IMG/VR virus record: IMGVR_UViG_3300037400_002261
Span: 43,286 to 107,285 of that record
Source of the DNA: a virus
Taxonomy: Duplodnaviria > Caudoviricetes
Strand: one strand, 5' to 3'
DNA: 64,000 nt
In this document: positions 20,530 to 35,500 of the stretch, in pieces
How positions within the stretch are numbered: the stretch's first letter is position 1
Layout: every line of letters starts with the position of its first letter
Notes under the pieces: model-generated
What the model was told of the DNA's origin: nothing
Database searches by the model: none
Seen by the model: only the letters and a program-made list of their open reading frames with translations
Translations under genes and position numbers: made by a program

Positions 20530-23500
20530 ATGGCCGATATTAAAGAATATATTATAAAAATAACGGCGAATGTTGATGATGCCAAATAGAAGTTAGATAG
20601 TTTGGCAAATTCTATGTCAAAAGTAAATCTTAATAATGGACTTGATTTAGATTTAAAAAAGTCTACAAGCGAAATTACTGGTTCTATAGGAAAAGTTGCT
20701 GAAGAAGTAGGAAAATTATAGAAAGCATTTGATAAACTAAATGCTGATAAAATTACTAGTGAAGTAAAAGATCTTTCAAATGATTTAAAAAGTTCTATTG
20801 ATTCAATGAAATCTTCATTCGAGGGTTTTCAAAAAACATTTGAAGGTTTAAGTGGTGCTGGAGATAAAGGTTTTGGTCAGATATTTAAAGATTTTTCTGA
20901 ACAAATGAAAGAAATGATAGATTCGTATAGAGAAGCTATTAGGGTTATTGATGGACTTAATAATGGAACTATTGCACCCAATCTTTAGGAAAAGGTAGAA
21001 GATGCTGTATAGAAAAATAATAATAGAACGAAGCAAAATGTGTAGAAATAGACCAATGCAATAACAGAAGCATTAAGAGAAAGTAGAACAAAAATAAATA
21101 ATGCTATTAAAGATTTTAATGATAATATTGATAGTATAACAGTTGCCCAAATTGGTTCATTTACTGATGAAAATGGTAAGCAAAAATTTGTTCCTGAAGA
21201 AGAATTAAGAAGAATGGAATTATATGTTTCCAATTTAATTGGAATAATTAAAAAAACAAAACATATCAAAGGTGTTGATCTTAATAAATTAATTTTTTCA
21301 AAAATTGGGATGTCTGAAGATAGCTTAAACGATATTAGAGATGACATACAGAGTAAAATCACCGCTTCTATTGAAAGACGGGAAACAAAAGCTGAATCTA
21401 TAATCAAAGAACAAAATGCAAAAGATAAAGGTGTTAAATAGCCAGTATCAGTCAATATTGATGTTGTTTTAGATGAGGCTTCTATATCAAATGATTCAAT
21501 AGATGCTATGGTTAATAGAATTCGTGAAGAAGTAGTATTTAGAGTTAATGAAAGAATCAAGAATCATCCAATAAAAATACCTATTAGCTTATCAACAGAA
21601 GAAGAAATAGTTAATGACGAAAAATTAACTGATAAACAACTTGAAAAAAAGACTGAAGAAAAATAGAACAAAAAGTTTGTTAAACAATTAACTGTTGAGG
21701 TTAGAGCTATTACTGATGGAATGCTCGATGATATTAACACAAAAATAAAAGAACTTAATAAAAAAATAACTTAGACAATTGATATTAAACTTCGACCAGT
21801 TTTATTTAGTGAATAGGAATTGGAAGATGTTGTGTTGCAAACAGAAGAAGATATTAGTGGTATTATTGACGGAAAACATGGTAAACGTGGTATACCAACT
21901 GATGCATCAAAATTAATATTATCTTCAAATACTTTTGATGAACAATCTCATGCTGTATTAGTTGATATTAGAGATATCGTAGGTAGAATTCTTGCTGCAA
22001 TAAGTGGAAACATTCCACCATCTGGTGGTCATCCGATGTCACCGACATCAAATATTCCTCCTACTCCACCTACTCCTCCTACTCCACCATCTGGTGGCGG
22101 TGGTACACCTCCAGTATCTCAACAGAAACCAATTAAAACTGTAACTATTAATAAACCAAATGTTGTGATGTAGAATTCTGGAAATGTTAATACTGGTAGA
22201 ACAATTGGTGTTACACCAAATTAGACACCATAGCAAGAAATTCCAAAAGGTGGTTCATCTTCTACTCCTACTCCAGTAACGGTTGTAGATAATGAGCCAA
22301 AGTAGAAAAAACCATTTTCGTTTGAAAAATATGCAAGATATTTAACAATTGGTAGATTATTAAATAAAGAAAGGGCTGGAGAATTAACTCAAAATGAAAT
22401 TGAATATGCAAAAAGTTATGGAAGGGAATTATTACAAAGAGCCGCAAATGCATTAGTATCTGATATAAAAGGGAAATCTATAGGCAATGAAAAAAATATA
22501 GTTGTTGGAGCTGCCAAAAGAAATTATGATAGATTTACTATTGCAAGAAATAATTTAATCGAAAGAGAAAATAAAAGAGAAGATTTATCAAATAAATTAT
22601 CATCGATTGGTTATTCTCCAAAACCTGTGATTAAAAGTTCTTCAGTAAAAGCGTTGGATTTTATTTTATCGAAACTCAATAATATAAAAAAAACGACAGA
22701 ACCATTATCTGAATCTTATAGAACTGGATTAAGTGATAGAAATTATTTTACTCAAACTGTTGGTGATAGTAATTTAGCATTTTGGGGAAGAGCAAATCAA
22801 AATATTGAGGATTTTCAAAATGAAGTATTTGATGTCTTTGTAAAAGGAAAAGATTCAATAGCAAAAATGAATACTAGAATTAATAAGCAATTTGAACGTG
22901 AAATGAATGCTACTTATCTTGTAAATTCTGGCATTGGCGGCGAAAAGGTTACACCATAGATAAAACGTCTTATTGATTATGATATTATAAATGAAGGTAG
23001 AGATCTTAAAGGGCAAAGATTAGCACAAAGACTTGCTGAAGAACATGAAACCCCAACAAGAATATCTGAAATGCGGGCAAATTTTATTAGAAAAAGAATG
23101 AGCGAATTATAGATGACACCATAGCAATTGGATGCCTTGAAAAAAGAAAAAGAAGAATTGTCAGCTATATATATGCCTGCTATTCTTGGTTCTAATGATG
23201 AAAAGTCTCCATTAAGTATGGAACTTTTAGCAATTGAGCAACGCTTAAAATATCTTAATGATACAATTGATAAAGTTGAAAATGACGCTGAAATAGTACG
23301 TTATAGAGGAAGTTCTGATGAAGATATAGTTAAAGAACAAATTCGTAGAGAACATATGGCTAGGAGAGTTTCATTAGTAAGGCAAACTTCTCCGTTAACA
23401 GATGATCAAAAAGGTGAACTTGATAAATATAGAAAAGAATTAATTGAAAAAGAAGCTGAAAAGATTGCTATGTCTGTTGTAAAAGAAGGTTTTGGAAATA

Positions 23501-26500
23501 ATATTTTCAAAACGTTTAATTATGGAACTGCAAAGTCTGATGTTAAAAAAGGCGGTAATAATAGTGATCAAAAGCGTATAAGAAAACTTGAAAGTTATGG
23601 TCTTGAAGTTGATGAAAAAACTGGAAGATTAATTTCATTTAAAACACCAGAAATTGCGAAAAAATGGGGTGTTGATGATTTAGAAGAAAGGCTTCTTGAA
23701 GTTGGTTCATATGGTGAGGAATAGTTAAAAAAACAACGTGATATTACTGAAGTGCTTTCTGAAAATGAAGAAGATTATAGGAAGTATATAGCTGCTTATG
23801 ATCGTCATAGGGCTGGAGAAGCAACCAAAGAAGATGAAGAAACTATTAAAATCTTAAAAGGTAAATTAGCCGAACACGCATTATATTTTGATAATCAAGA
23901 AAGAATAGATTAGATTATTTCAGAAAATATGGAATTAGAAAAAAGATTGAACAAAAAAGGAGCTACTAAAAAAGATAGAGATAAGTACAATCAAAATAAT
24001 TTAGAACTTAAATAGATTGCTCGAATTACTCCAGATAGGTTCTCAGAATTTGATGTATATCAAATGGCTCAACGACAAATTGGTAGAATTGATCATTCAA
24101 GAGATTTAGAAAAAGATATTATGGAAACTTATAGGAATGCTATGATATCAATGGTTAGTGGTGATACTATAAGAAAGATGAGTAAAAGCACATATAAAAA
24201 ACATTTATTAGCCATTTCTGAATCTGGCAAAGAAATAGGAAAATTAAGTAGTACATTACCAACTGTAATGGGTTCAAGAGATAGAAAAGGTATTTTTGTT
24301 TAGAGATTCGATACTGGATTGCCAGATTGGAGTTATTAGACAGATATTGAAAAAGAATAGCGTTCAAAAGCTTATAACAGATTGCAATATGCAAAGCGAC
24401 ATGCATTGGGATATGAAATAGGTAATGGTATTCGTGATATTAGTGGTAGATTAGTAAATAAAACAGAAATCCCAGTTGAAAATATGAAAGTCGCAAATCT
24501 TGGATTATCTCCTAAAACTGCTAGAGCATATGCTTCTTTACCAGCAATTCAAGATATCTCTGCTCCATATAAAGATGAACATGGAAGACCTATTTATGGG
24601 AAGAATGGCGAGACATTGTACAAACCAACGAATACAACCCCTGAATAGCTTAGAATGTTTTCTGATGTCCTTGGCAATGTTATTTCTGAATTAAATACTA
24701 CTATTGCTTCTCTTCCAACTGACGAAGCTGAAATTGCTAAATTAGCTGAAGATAGACTTAGTAAAGCTACTGTAGTTCCATGGTTAGAACGTATTGAGTT
24801 ATTAGATAAAGAAATCGATGAAAGGGAAGAATATAATAAAAAACTTGAAAGTGGAGAAATTCAGGGACAAAAACGTGCTACATATAGTCTTAAAAAAGAA
24901 AGAGATGCATTACAAAGATCAGTTGAACAATTAGAAGGAGGTGCTTATAGTTCTAAGTATAAAAAAGATAAAAAAACTGGCGAATGGGTTTTAACTGGTG
25001 GTGAAAAATTAATACAAGATAGAGAAGAACTTGCTAAATCTATATAGGATGAGTAGAAATTAATAACAGCTGTTTAGAAAGCAACTGGTATAAATGATGA
25101 AGCAGTTAGATTAATAGAAACCATAAAATGGGCCAGAGAAGAAAAACGAAAACTTGGATTACATACTATAAGTAAAGGTGAAGATAGTTAGTATGCTATT
25201 GCAAAATAGGATTATGACACAAAGAAAGGAATTTATGATAGAGCATAGACTACTATTAGAAATGGTGGAAGTGTTCCTGATATAAAAAATATTGAAGCGG
25301 AATATAAATAGGCAGAGGCTGCATATCAAAAGATATTAGGTGTTAGATTAATTGAAGCATGGGTGGAAAAAAATCTTGGTGGCAAAATATCAGAATTTAC
25401 ACCAGATAGTAATTATGCTGTTAGTACATTAGATGATGCTAATGCGTTATATGAGCAGTACGATGATATTATAAGAGAATCTACAGAAGCGTTAAGAAAA
25501 ATAATATCTAAAAAATCAATCAATGATTTATTATAGGATCTTGATGTTCTAACTGCTGACAAATATGGAGAAAAAATTAAAGCGAATCCTATTAGTGATA
25601 TGCTTGAAGAATTAAGGGAAATAAGAGAAAGACAAGAAGTTCTCCGTGGAGAAATAAGAGAACAGGAATATCAAATGTCAAGAACTGGAGAAGAATTACA
25701 GCCCATTAAAGAAGCTCGTCTTAAAAAGATTAGAGAAGATATTAAGAAGAAACGCACAGATGCAATTTCTATAAGAGATACTAATGTAAGATCAAAACAA
25801 ATTATTGATAGTATGATAAATGTATCTGATGTTATTGCTGCTGATGAGTAGATAAGAGCACAAGAAAAGGCTAATATAGAAGAAAAACAAAAAGAAATTG
25901 ATAGTATAATGGCAAAATCTACTGATGATAGAATTGCTGATATAACTGAAAGTTTTGCTAATCAAACTTCTGAAATATAGACATAGTTATCTGAAGAAAA
26001 CAAATTGTTAATTGAACAACGGAATGCAATTGTTAATGAATATGTCGAAAGTACAAGAGAATTAAAACAAAGAAGAACTGCATTTAATCAAGCTGATTTG
26101 GAATTAGAAGAAGCAGTTGATGAAAGAGATAAATTATTATCTGTAAAATCTAGAGAGGAAATATTAAGTGAAGATTCTGAATATCAAAGAATTCAGAATG
26201 ACATTAGTCAACTTGAAGAAGAAATTGCTAAATCTCCTGCTTCTGAAAGAAAAAAATTAAGATTAGAAAAATTAGGACCTTTAAAAGAACAACTTCAACA
26301 AAGAATTGAAGATATTAGATATGGTTATATTGACCCAATACAAGAATCCTTTGATGAGTTAAAAGATGCATTCGAAGTAAAGGGTATAAGAGGTGAAGAG
26401 CTTAGAAGAAAAGCAATTGCTTTTAAACAATTAGAGGGAGAAGGAAGAAATATTGGTGCAAGAGTTGATTGGTATGAAGAAGATACGATAAATGGTGCTT

Positions 26501-29500
26501 CTCCAATAGATTTTGCTGATTCTGTTATTAATGAGGAAGTAAATGCAAAACAAGAAGTTGTTGATCTTGCAAAAGAAGAATTGGAAATTGCTGCTCAAAG
26601 ATAGGAAATCGCAAGAAAAGCTTTAACTATTGCTTCAACAAGCACACCAGAACGTACTGAAATTGAAGCTGATTATAATGCTGCTACTAATAGGTATATT
26701 TCTTCAAAAACAAGATATGAATCAGTTGAAGAAAAATATTTAAAAGCTAAGAATAATTATGATAATGCATTAGAAAAGATTGCAAAAGGTGAAAACGTTG
26801 CAAAATTTGATAAAATAAAAATGGAATTTGAAAAAATATCTCCTGAGTATGACAGAGTTAAAGCACTTTATGAATCTTCTAAAGAAGCATATTTTAGATT
26901 TGGTGGATTATTAGATGCTATTAATGGGTCAAATATTGTACCAGAAATTGATGAAGCTGCTTCTCAATTTATGAGAACTCAGAGTTCGATTGAAAATCTT
27001 GAAAATGCATAGCATAGATTAATTGAAACTAGAAAAAGAGAAATAGAATTAGCAAAAAACGATAATAAATATATGGAATATTTGTATAATCAAGCTGGTA
27101 TTCCAGTACCTAAAGGAGCAAGAGTATATGATGAAAAAACAAAAGAAGCAATAAGAAGAAGAGATGCTGAAGAAAGAGAAAGAAAAAAAAGACAAGCTAA
27201 AGAACAAGAATAGATTGATACAGCAGCAATTAGTAGATGGCGTTTTGGACTTGGTGGTGTTGAAGAAGAAAAAATGAATGCAAGAAGAAAAGCTAGAGCT
27301 AATATAAAAGCTTCATCAACATAGAATAAGCCGAGAGAAATGTTCGATTGGCGTTTTGCAGATATGAACAAAGATCAAGCCGTTATTGCAAAATTAATTC
27401 AACGATTTGCTGTAAAAAAATATAGGACTGAAAGATAGGATAGATATTTAAAATCTCTTCAAATTCAGGCATAGAACATTGGCTTGAAAATTAATGCAAA
27501 AGGATATGTAGAGCCACTCGTTTCTAAAGAAGAATATGAAGCTAATACAGAAGCTCATCCTATTCCTAAATTTACTTAGCAAGAACTTATACAACGTGGG
27601 TTATTAACGGCAAGTAACAAATATAATTCGCAAAGCAGTTAGCAATCACAGCAATCTGGAAATCAACCTGATAATGTTTTTGAACCTGAAAAGAAACGTC
27701 AACAAGCACCAATGGAAGGTGTAGTTGATTATGGAACGGAAGAAGAATATTATCGTCAGATGGGAATGCAAGTACAAGATATTGAAAGTGAAGTAGATAA
27801 TATTGGTGAAAATATCAATGCAAACACAAGAAAAGGAAATACTCAACAAGGAAATGATTTTATAAGTTATGCTACTGGTAAATTAAATAAATTGAATCTT
27901 GGAGCACATAAGAATGAAGCTGTAGCATTATGGAATTCATTAAAGCCTACAATATCAAGTCGTGAAACTGCTGATACAGTTATTGCTACTATTACTTCAA
28001 AACTCAAGGAATGGAGTTCAAAAGATAATCAATCACAAAAAGAAACTTCTGCTTAGAAAAGACAAGAAAATGATTTTGTAAATCAGGCTGCTATAAAATT
28101 AAATAAATTATAGCTTGGTGGGTTTAAAGAACAAGCTGTTGCGCTTTGGAATTCTTTAAAACCGTCTATTATAGATCAGGAATCTGCGGATAATGTTGTT
28201 GCTGTTATTTCAAATCAATTAAAAGAATTTAATGAAAAAAATGGCCCACAAGGGTTTGTTGAATATGCTAAAGGTAAATTAAATAAATTAGATTTAGGTA
28301 ATTATAAGGAACAAGCTGTTGGTATATGGAATTCTTTAAAACCATCTATTATAGACTAGCAGTCAGCAGATAATGTGATATCAGCTATTACTTCTAAATT
28401 GTAGGAATGGAAATCGAATGATGAAAAAGCACCTCAAGCCACTCCTGGATCTGGTCAAGCAAGCGATTCTTTGGAAAATGTTGCAACAGAAGGTCAAGCC
28501 GCTGCTTCTGCTGAATCTCAAGTAGCAGAAAATGGATAGGCTGCTGCATAGGCATTGGAAAATATTGCATCTATGGGTGATCGTTTTAAATCTTTAAAAG
28601 ATCAATAGGTTGAAAATGAAGTTCTTACAATGGAAGAAACGCCAAATAACAATAGTGTAGATCAATAGTCAGACACTATTGAAAATCAAATTAAATTATA
28701 TGATAACCTTGGTAGAAAAATTGATGATAATAAAGCCAAAGTGTTATAGGGAACGAAAGCTATAGATGCATAGAATCAAGGCATTCTTACATTATTCCAT
28801 TCGTCAGATGATGTTTTTGATAAATTTGATCCATAGAAAATGGGTGTATCTGGTGCTAAGTTTGGTAAAGGTGCATATTTTAGTACAACTCCCCAAAAAA
28901 TATATGGCAATAAAATGACAGAATGGTATGCATATGTAAATAAAATATTTGACATAATGTATACTTAGCTGAATAATGAAGAAATCGAAAATATAATTTC
29001 AACTTGGTATAAAAATTTTTCAGAAGAAATAATTGCAAATGCAAGAAAAGCTTTATCAACAAGGGATTATAAATCATTATATAGCGATGAATTACCCAAA
29101 AGAGATAATGAAGTGTTATTACGAGATAAGAAAATTAAATATATAGCTGGTTCGCCATTTTATGATGATTAGGATTTTATTGACAAAGCAATTAAAGGTC
29201 TTGGATATGATGCTCTTCAAGTACCAGGTGGAGGTATTGTTGTTTTTAATTTAGACAATATTATTCGTGCAAACAATTTAGTACATGATACAATTGATGA
29301 ATTATAGTAGTTAGTAGAAAATCGTCCTATTAATAGTAAAAGTGGCATGTATATGATTCCTGCAACGATTGATGTAAATGATTTATCAAATGAAAGTCCG
29401 ATTTCATCGGGTACTGTGCCACAAAATGTTGGTTCTATTACAGATAGTTTACACGATATGTAGATGGCTGGAAGTAGTGCTACAGAATCTATTGTTTCAG

Positions 29501-32500
29501 GTATGTCTGATATTAGTGATAATTCTGAACAAGCTATTACATCAGTTAAACGTGTAGTAGAAGCATTTAGAGGAGTAAATGAAGCTAGTGATTCTAATGG
29601 GTATTGGTCATCTGATTACGATGAGGCAAAATGGTATGCAGAATATGGCGAAAATGTTAAAGAATTATATAAAGGTAAAATCAAATTTGATAAAGCTTAC
29701 TATACAGATAATTTAGGTAGAGATAATAATAATGTGAGATATTTAGGTGCTGGTTTTGATGATATATCCAAATAGTTAATAGAATAGGATAGAATATAGA
29801 AAGAAGCACATGATATAATACAATCTGCATTTTAGAAACATGGTATTGATATTGATTTTGGTACATTTACTAGTGGTTTATCTGGAGATCTTGAAGATAG
29901 TTTAAGAAGTGTTGAAGATTTATTCTAGGGTTAGTTAGACACTATATTAAATGAATGTAAAGAATAGATTAAAATATTTAATGAAGCTGGTTTAAAAATA
30001 TAGCAATTATTCACTGAAAGTAATGGGCGATATTTTCAAGGATAGACAGATGATGTTAGTAAGGCAATTTTAGAATCTGGGTTATTTGACGGGGAAATAT
30101 TTGATAGAATATAGGATACTACAAATGGACTTACAACTCATTATAGACCAATTGATGAAAGTCAAATTTTTGATAAGATTTTGTTAGAATCAAATCAAAA
30201 TCCTGTTTTATCGGATGATATTGTAACATTGTATCGTGGAGTAGGTGCAAAAGGTACAAATGGTGCGAAGTCATTGTATCATGATGAAGCGGGGACATTC
30301 TTTACTGATAATTTTGAAGCCGCATTATAGTATGCAGAAGAACTTGAAAATGATATTTATAAGCTGTAGATATCAAGGTCAAAATTAAATGAGATGCTGA
30401 ATGTTGATGCTTTAGGATCTTAGTATACAGATATATCATTAGATGGTGTAATATAGACAACCGATGAAATTGCAGAAAAAACAAAAGCGGATGGATAGAA
30501 ATTAGGCGTTGTATTCTCTAATGTTAGAGATGGAATAGAGTCAGCTATAACAAGCGTTTCTATCTTTTCAGAGGAGTTGTTGGACTCCGCTCAAAAAATG
30601 TCTGATACAGAAATATTATATTAGCTTGAAAAAATAGATCCAGAGTTAGCTAAATAGTATCGAGATGAAGGTGGTATCTCCGATAAAACTCCAGTTTCAA
30701 CTACTACTCTTCCACTCCAAGAACAAGACGAAAAACAACAAGAAATTGGTTCTTCTGCTGAATAGTCAGCTTCTTAGGTTCAAGCTGCCGAATCAAAAAA
30801 ACAATCTGCAATTGAACAAACAACAGAAAAGTTAAAAGAACAATCTTAGGTTGAAAGCCAAGTAGTAAAAAATGCTAATCGTCCAGAAAAATATCGTGAA
30901 TATGATTTAAGTACTCTTCCAGAGAAAGACTTATATAAGCATTTAGGGTATTCTCGTACTGCATTACGTTCAAACAGATCTAAAGAAAAAGATGCACAAT
31001 GGAGATATTATAAGAGTGAGTTAGAGCAAGAATTAACACGTAGAGAATTACCATTAGAAAGAGGTAAATCAAAACCAGAATATTCAGATAGAGATATATC
31101 ATTAGAAGCAGATAGTGTTGTTCGATTAGCTGCATCTGAAAGTAATTTAAGTGATCAAACACAAATTGCTAATCAAGAATTATCAAGGTAGGGAGAATTA
31201 CTTGCAGAAAATTCATCAATACAACAACAATAGCCAGAGCAAGATCAAAGTCATATTGTTGAAGGTTTATAGTAGAAAACAAAAGCATAGAGAGAATATA
31301 ATGATGCGATAGCCGCATAGCCATCTGCTCCAGATAACGAATATGGTCCAGAAGCAGCTGCTATTGCAAAAGAAGTTGAAAAAAGCAAGTATAAAAGTTA
31401 GTCTTAGAGGGCAATTCCTGTTATAAATCCAGAAGAAATAGCAATGCCTATGTCTTCTCCTGTTGTTAGTGGAATAGCTGCCCAAGAATCTTCAACAGAA
31501 TAGATTGCTCAAAATATGTCTGAAGCTACTGCTAGTGCTAGTAGTCTTGCTGGTGCATTAGGCGATGTTGCGCAAAAATCAAGTGAAGTAGCCAATAATA
31601 CTGCATAGGCAAAAGATAATATTGCATTGACAGATGCTCAGAAATCTTCCGCAGAAAATGCAACTTAGTTTACAGGTGAAGAACAAGGTTCATTTAGTAG
31701 TTTAGCGAGTGAAATTAGAACAGATGTTATTGCAGCTATTGAAGAAAAGAATAGAGCATTATAGGAAGAAGCAAATCTTGTTGCAAAATTAACATCGGGC
31801 GAAGGAAATGATTTTACTACTCTTGCTAGTAAAATAAAGGAAATAGCTGAATAGGCTGAGAGAATAAAGATTGAATTTGATTTTAGCAATATTGATAAAC
31901 TTGATAAAAACTTTATTTAGCAATTTAAAGAACTTGCTAAAATTATTAGTGAAGTCGATCCTAGTAAATTTATTGCTGTTGGTGAAGCGTTTAAAGGACT
32001 TAATATTGATAAAAGTCTTGGTGATAGTTTTGCTTCTCTTGCTGATGGTATTACCGCTTTTAATGAAAAAGTTTCTGATGAGGGAATTGGTGGTAATAAT
32101 TTTAATGATTTAATGAATTTAATTAATCGTATTTCTGATGCTGGCAAACATATTTCTGACATGGCAGAAGTTTTAAAGGCAAGCGGAAAAGCTGGTCGTG
32201 GCGTATTTGGAATGAAATATTCCAAAGATTTCGATACAGAAGAATAGATGCGTGAATATATGGATTTAATGAAATATCTTTCTAATCCAAGCAATATGGT
32301 TAAATCATAGAAATTAACACTTCAAGGATTAGAAGGTGGTAGCATTTAGGCTAAAGATATGATATGGGCGCAGGATTATTTGCAAAAATTAGATCAAGCA
32401 AGAGAACTTCATAGAATATTAGAAGAAAATAATCAATTAGAAGAATCTGGAAGAAAAGCACTTGATAGAACGTGGGAAAATTTTGGTATCAATCAAGCGT

Positions 32501-35500
32501 CTTCTTTGGATGCTGCCAGAAGAGAGATTAATGATGCAATAGATGAAACGTTAAATAATTACAATAAGCTTGCGAAAAATAATCCAGTATTAGTAGAAGA
32601 ATTTTCAAAAGGTTATGACCAATTAGGTGAAGCTATAAAATCAGCAAATGCCGAACTTAGAAATGATGCAGATATAAAAAAATATAAATAGAATATTAGA
32701 AGCGCATATGATGAATTTAATAAATTTAGCAAAATGAATCGTGTAGCTTTTGGAAAAGATTAGAGCATGAAGATTTTAGATACTGAGGGGCAGAGTTTCA
32801 ACTCTGATAGTGCGAAAGAATTTATATCTAACTATGTAAAAGATAATTATAAAAAAGTATTAAAAGATGTAACACAATCCACCAAGGTTGTAGATGGTGA
32901 TGAGATGTCTGTATTTACTGCGCAAGTACAAGATGCTAATGGGGTTGTTCAGACATTAAAATTCTCATGGTCTGAAGTAACAGAATAGATTCGTATGTCT
33001 GCTAATGAAGTAGATTAGAGCAAAACTGGTATTGGTGGTATTATTGATTCTATTACTGGAAAAGTAAAACAACTTTCAACATATTGGACTGCTCAGTTAT
33101 TTAATCCATATAGACTTATTGGATATGTAAAACAAATAATGAACGTGGTAAAAGAATATGATACAGCAATGATGGAAATTAGAAAAGTATCAACAGAATC
33201 TGCTAAGTCTTTAGATAACCTTAGATTAGATAGTTTTTCGATGGGAGAACAAGTCGGTTCTACTGGGAAAGATATACTTAGCAGTGTTGCTGCTTGGAAA
33301 CGTCTCGGTAAAACATTTGAAGAAGCACAAGAAGCTGCGGTAGCATCCAACTGGTTATTAAATGTTTCTGAATTTACTAATATAGATGATGCTACAAAAT
33401 CTCTTGTATCAATGACATAGGCTTTTGATGATTTAAGTTATGAAAGTGCTATTGATAAATTAAATGGTGTTGGTGATGCATTTAGTTCATCAACAGACCA
33501 AATTGCTTCTGGTATGTAGAATGTTGCTTCTGTATTACAAGTTGCTGGAAATGATGTAGATCAAAGTATTGCATTATTAGCGGCGGCTAATGACGTTACA
33601 TAGGATATGAGTAAAGCATCTATGGGTGTTCGTACAGTTGCTCTTCGAATGGCTGGTACACAAGAAGCAAAATAGCAATTGGAAGAATTGGGTGAAGATA
33701 CTAGTGATTTTATTGTTCAAACTCAATCAAAAGTTGATGCTCAAGTAAGAAAATATACTGCTACTGCTGCTAATCCAAATGGTATTAGTGTACTTGAAGA
33801 TAATGGAAGATTAAGAGATACTTATTCAGTATTGCTTGATATAGCAAAAGTTTGGGATTAGATTGTAGAAAAAGATAATAAGTCTGGAACAAATACATCA
33901 AATGCTTTACTTGAATTGCTTGCAGGTAAAACTCGTTCTAATGTCCTTGCTTCTATTCTTCAAGCTCCAGATATTTTAGAGAGTGCATATGAAACTTCAA
34001 AAAATTCAGCTGGTATTGGATAGAAAGAGCTTGACATTTATCTTGATTCTGTCGAAGCAAAGTCAAAACAATTAACTAATAATTTTCATGAATTGGCAAA
34101 TATTACAATTAATTCAGATGGTCTTAAAACAATGCTCGATATAATTAACTCTATTCTTTCGGCTGTTAATTCTCTTGCAAAATCATTTGGAGCGTTAAAA
34201 ACTGTAATTGGTGGAATTGCTAGTTTTGCTTTATAGAAAAACGGTTTAGGTATTTTAAATTATGATATAAAAAAGGGTGCAGCAATAAATGGTTAGAGTT
34301 TCGTTAGTACTTTTATAAAATCAATTAAAACTGGTTTTGTTAAAGATGAAACAAGTTATTTATTTAAAGACATTTTAAAACCAGATTAGGGATTTGAGGA
34401 TCAAATTAGGACAATATGGGGAGGAAGTATAGATTCATTTACTAAATCATTTAGTGATGCTAATTTTGCCAATTTTATTAATAATTATGATAAAGCGAAA
34501 TTAGCTACAATGTCAGCGCAACAAGTATAGACTGAATATAATGCTGCACTTACGGCAACAGGCAATACATTAGGCAAAGTTGGGACAAATCTTGTATCAT
34601 TTGTAGGAAACATGTTAACTGTAATGGCTGTTGTAAAAGGTATTGAATTATTATTTAAAGGTATTTATACAATAGCTACATGGGATGAGAATTTAATCAA
34701 AAAAGGACAAGAAGCAAAGAAAAATATTGACGATATAAATAAATCATATACAGAAGCTAACAAATTAGTGGAAGATTTTGATGAAAAAGAGTATCGTAAG
34801 CTACAATCAAAAAAAGATAATGAAACTATTTCAACAGAAGAATATGAAAGATTGGCATCTATCAATAATCGACTTGCTGAAACGTTTCCGTCTCTAGTAT
34901 CTGGTTTTGATGAACAAGGTAATGCAATTATTAACATGGGGGATAAAGCTGGTGACGCTTCAAACAAATTAAACGAACTATTAGAACAAGAAAGAGAACT
35001 TGCTAATTTCCAAGTATCTTAGAATTTAAAAGATGTTGCTGCTGGAGTGAAAACTAGATCAAAATAGATAGCTAATGATATTATAAAATAGAATAATGTA
35101 ATAGATTCATTAGGTCCAATATCTGAATAGATTGGGAATATAAAAGATGAATTATCTGGCAGTCTTAGTGCATTCAATGTTCAACTTGGAAGTAATGCTG
35201 ATGATTTATTAAAATATGATATGAGTACAGCAGCCATGTTATATCAAACAGCTTTAAACGATGCTGGAATTTTTACAAAGACACCAATAATTGAACCAGA
35301 AGTTGGGAAATATTATATAGAACCAGTTCTTGATGATGTAACAAATGAGTAGATCGAAGATGCACAAGGAAGATTTCTTAATATGCTAGAAAAAGCTAAT
35401 TTGGATAGTACAATATCTGAAAAATATTTGGATGCATTAAAAATTAAGGCGATAGATGAAAAAGAATTAAAAGCAGAATGGAATTCAATTGTTCCATCAA

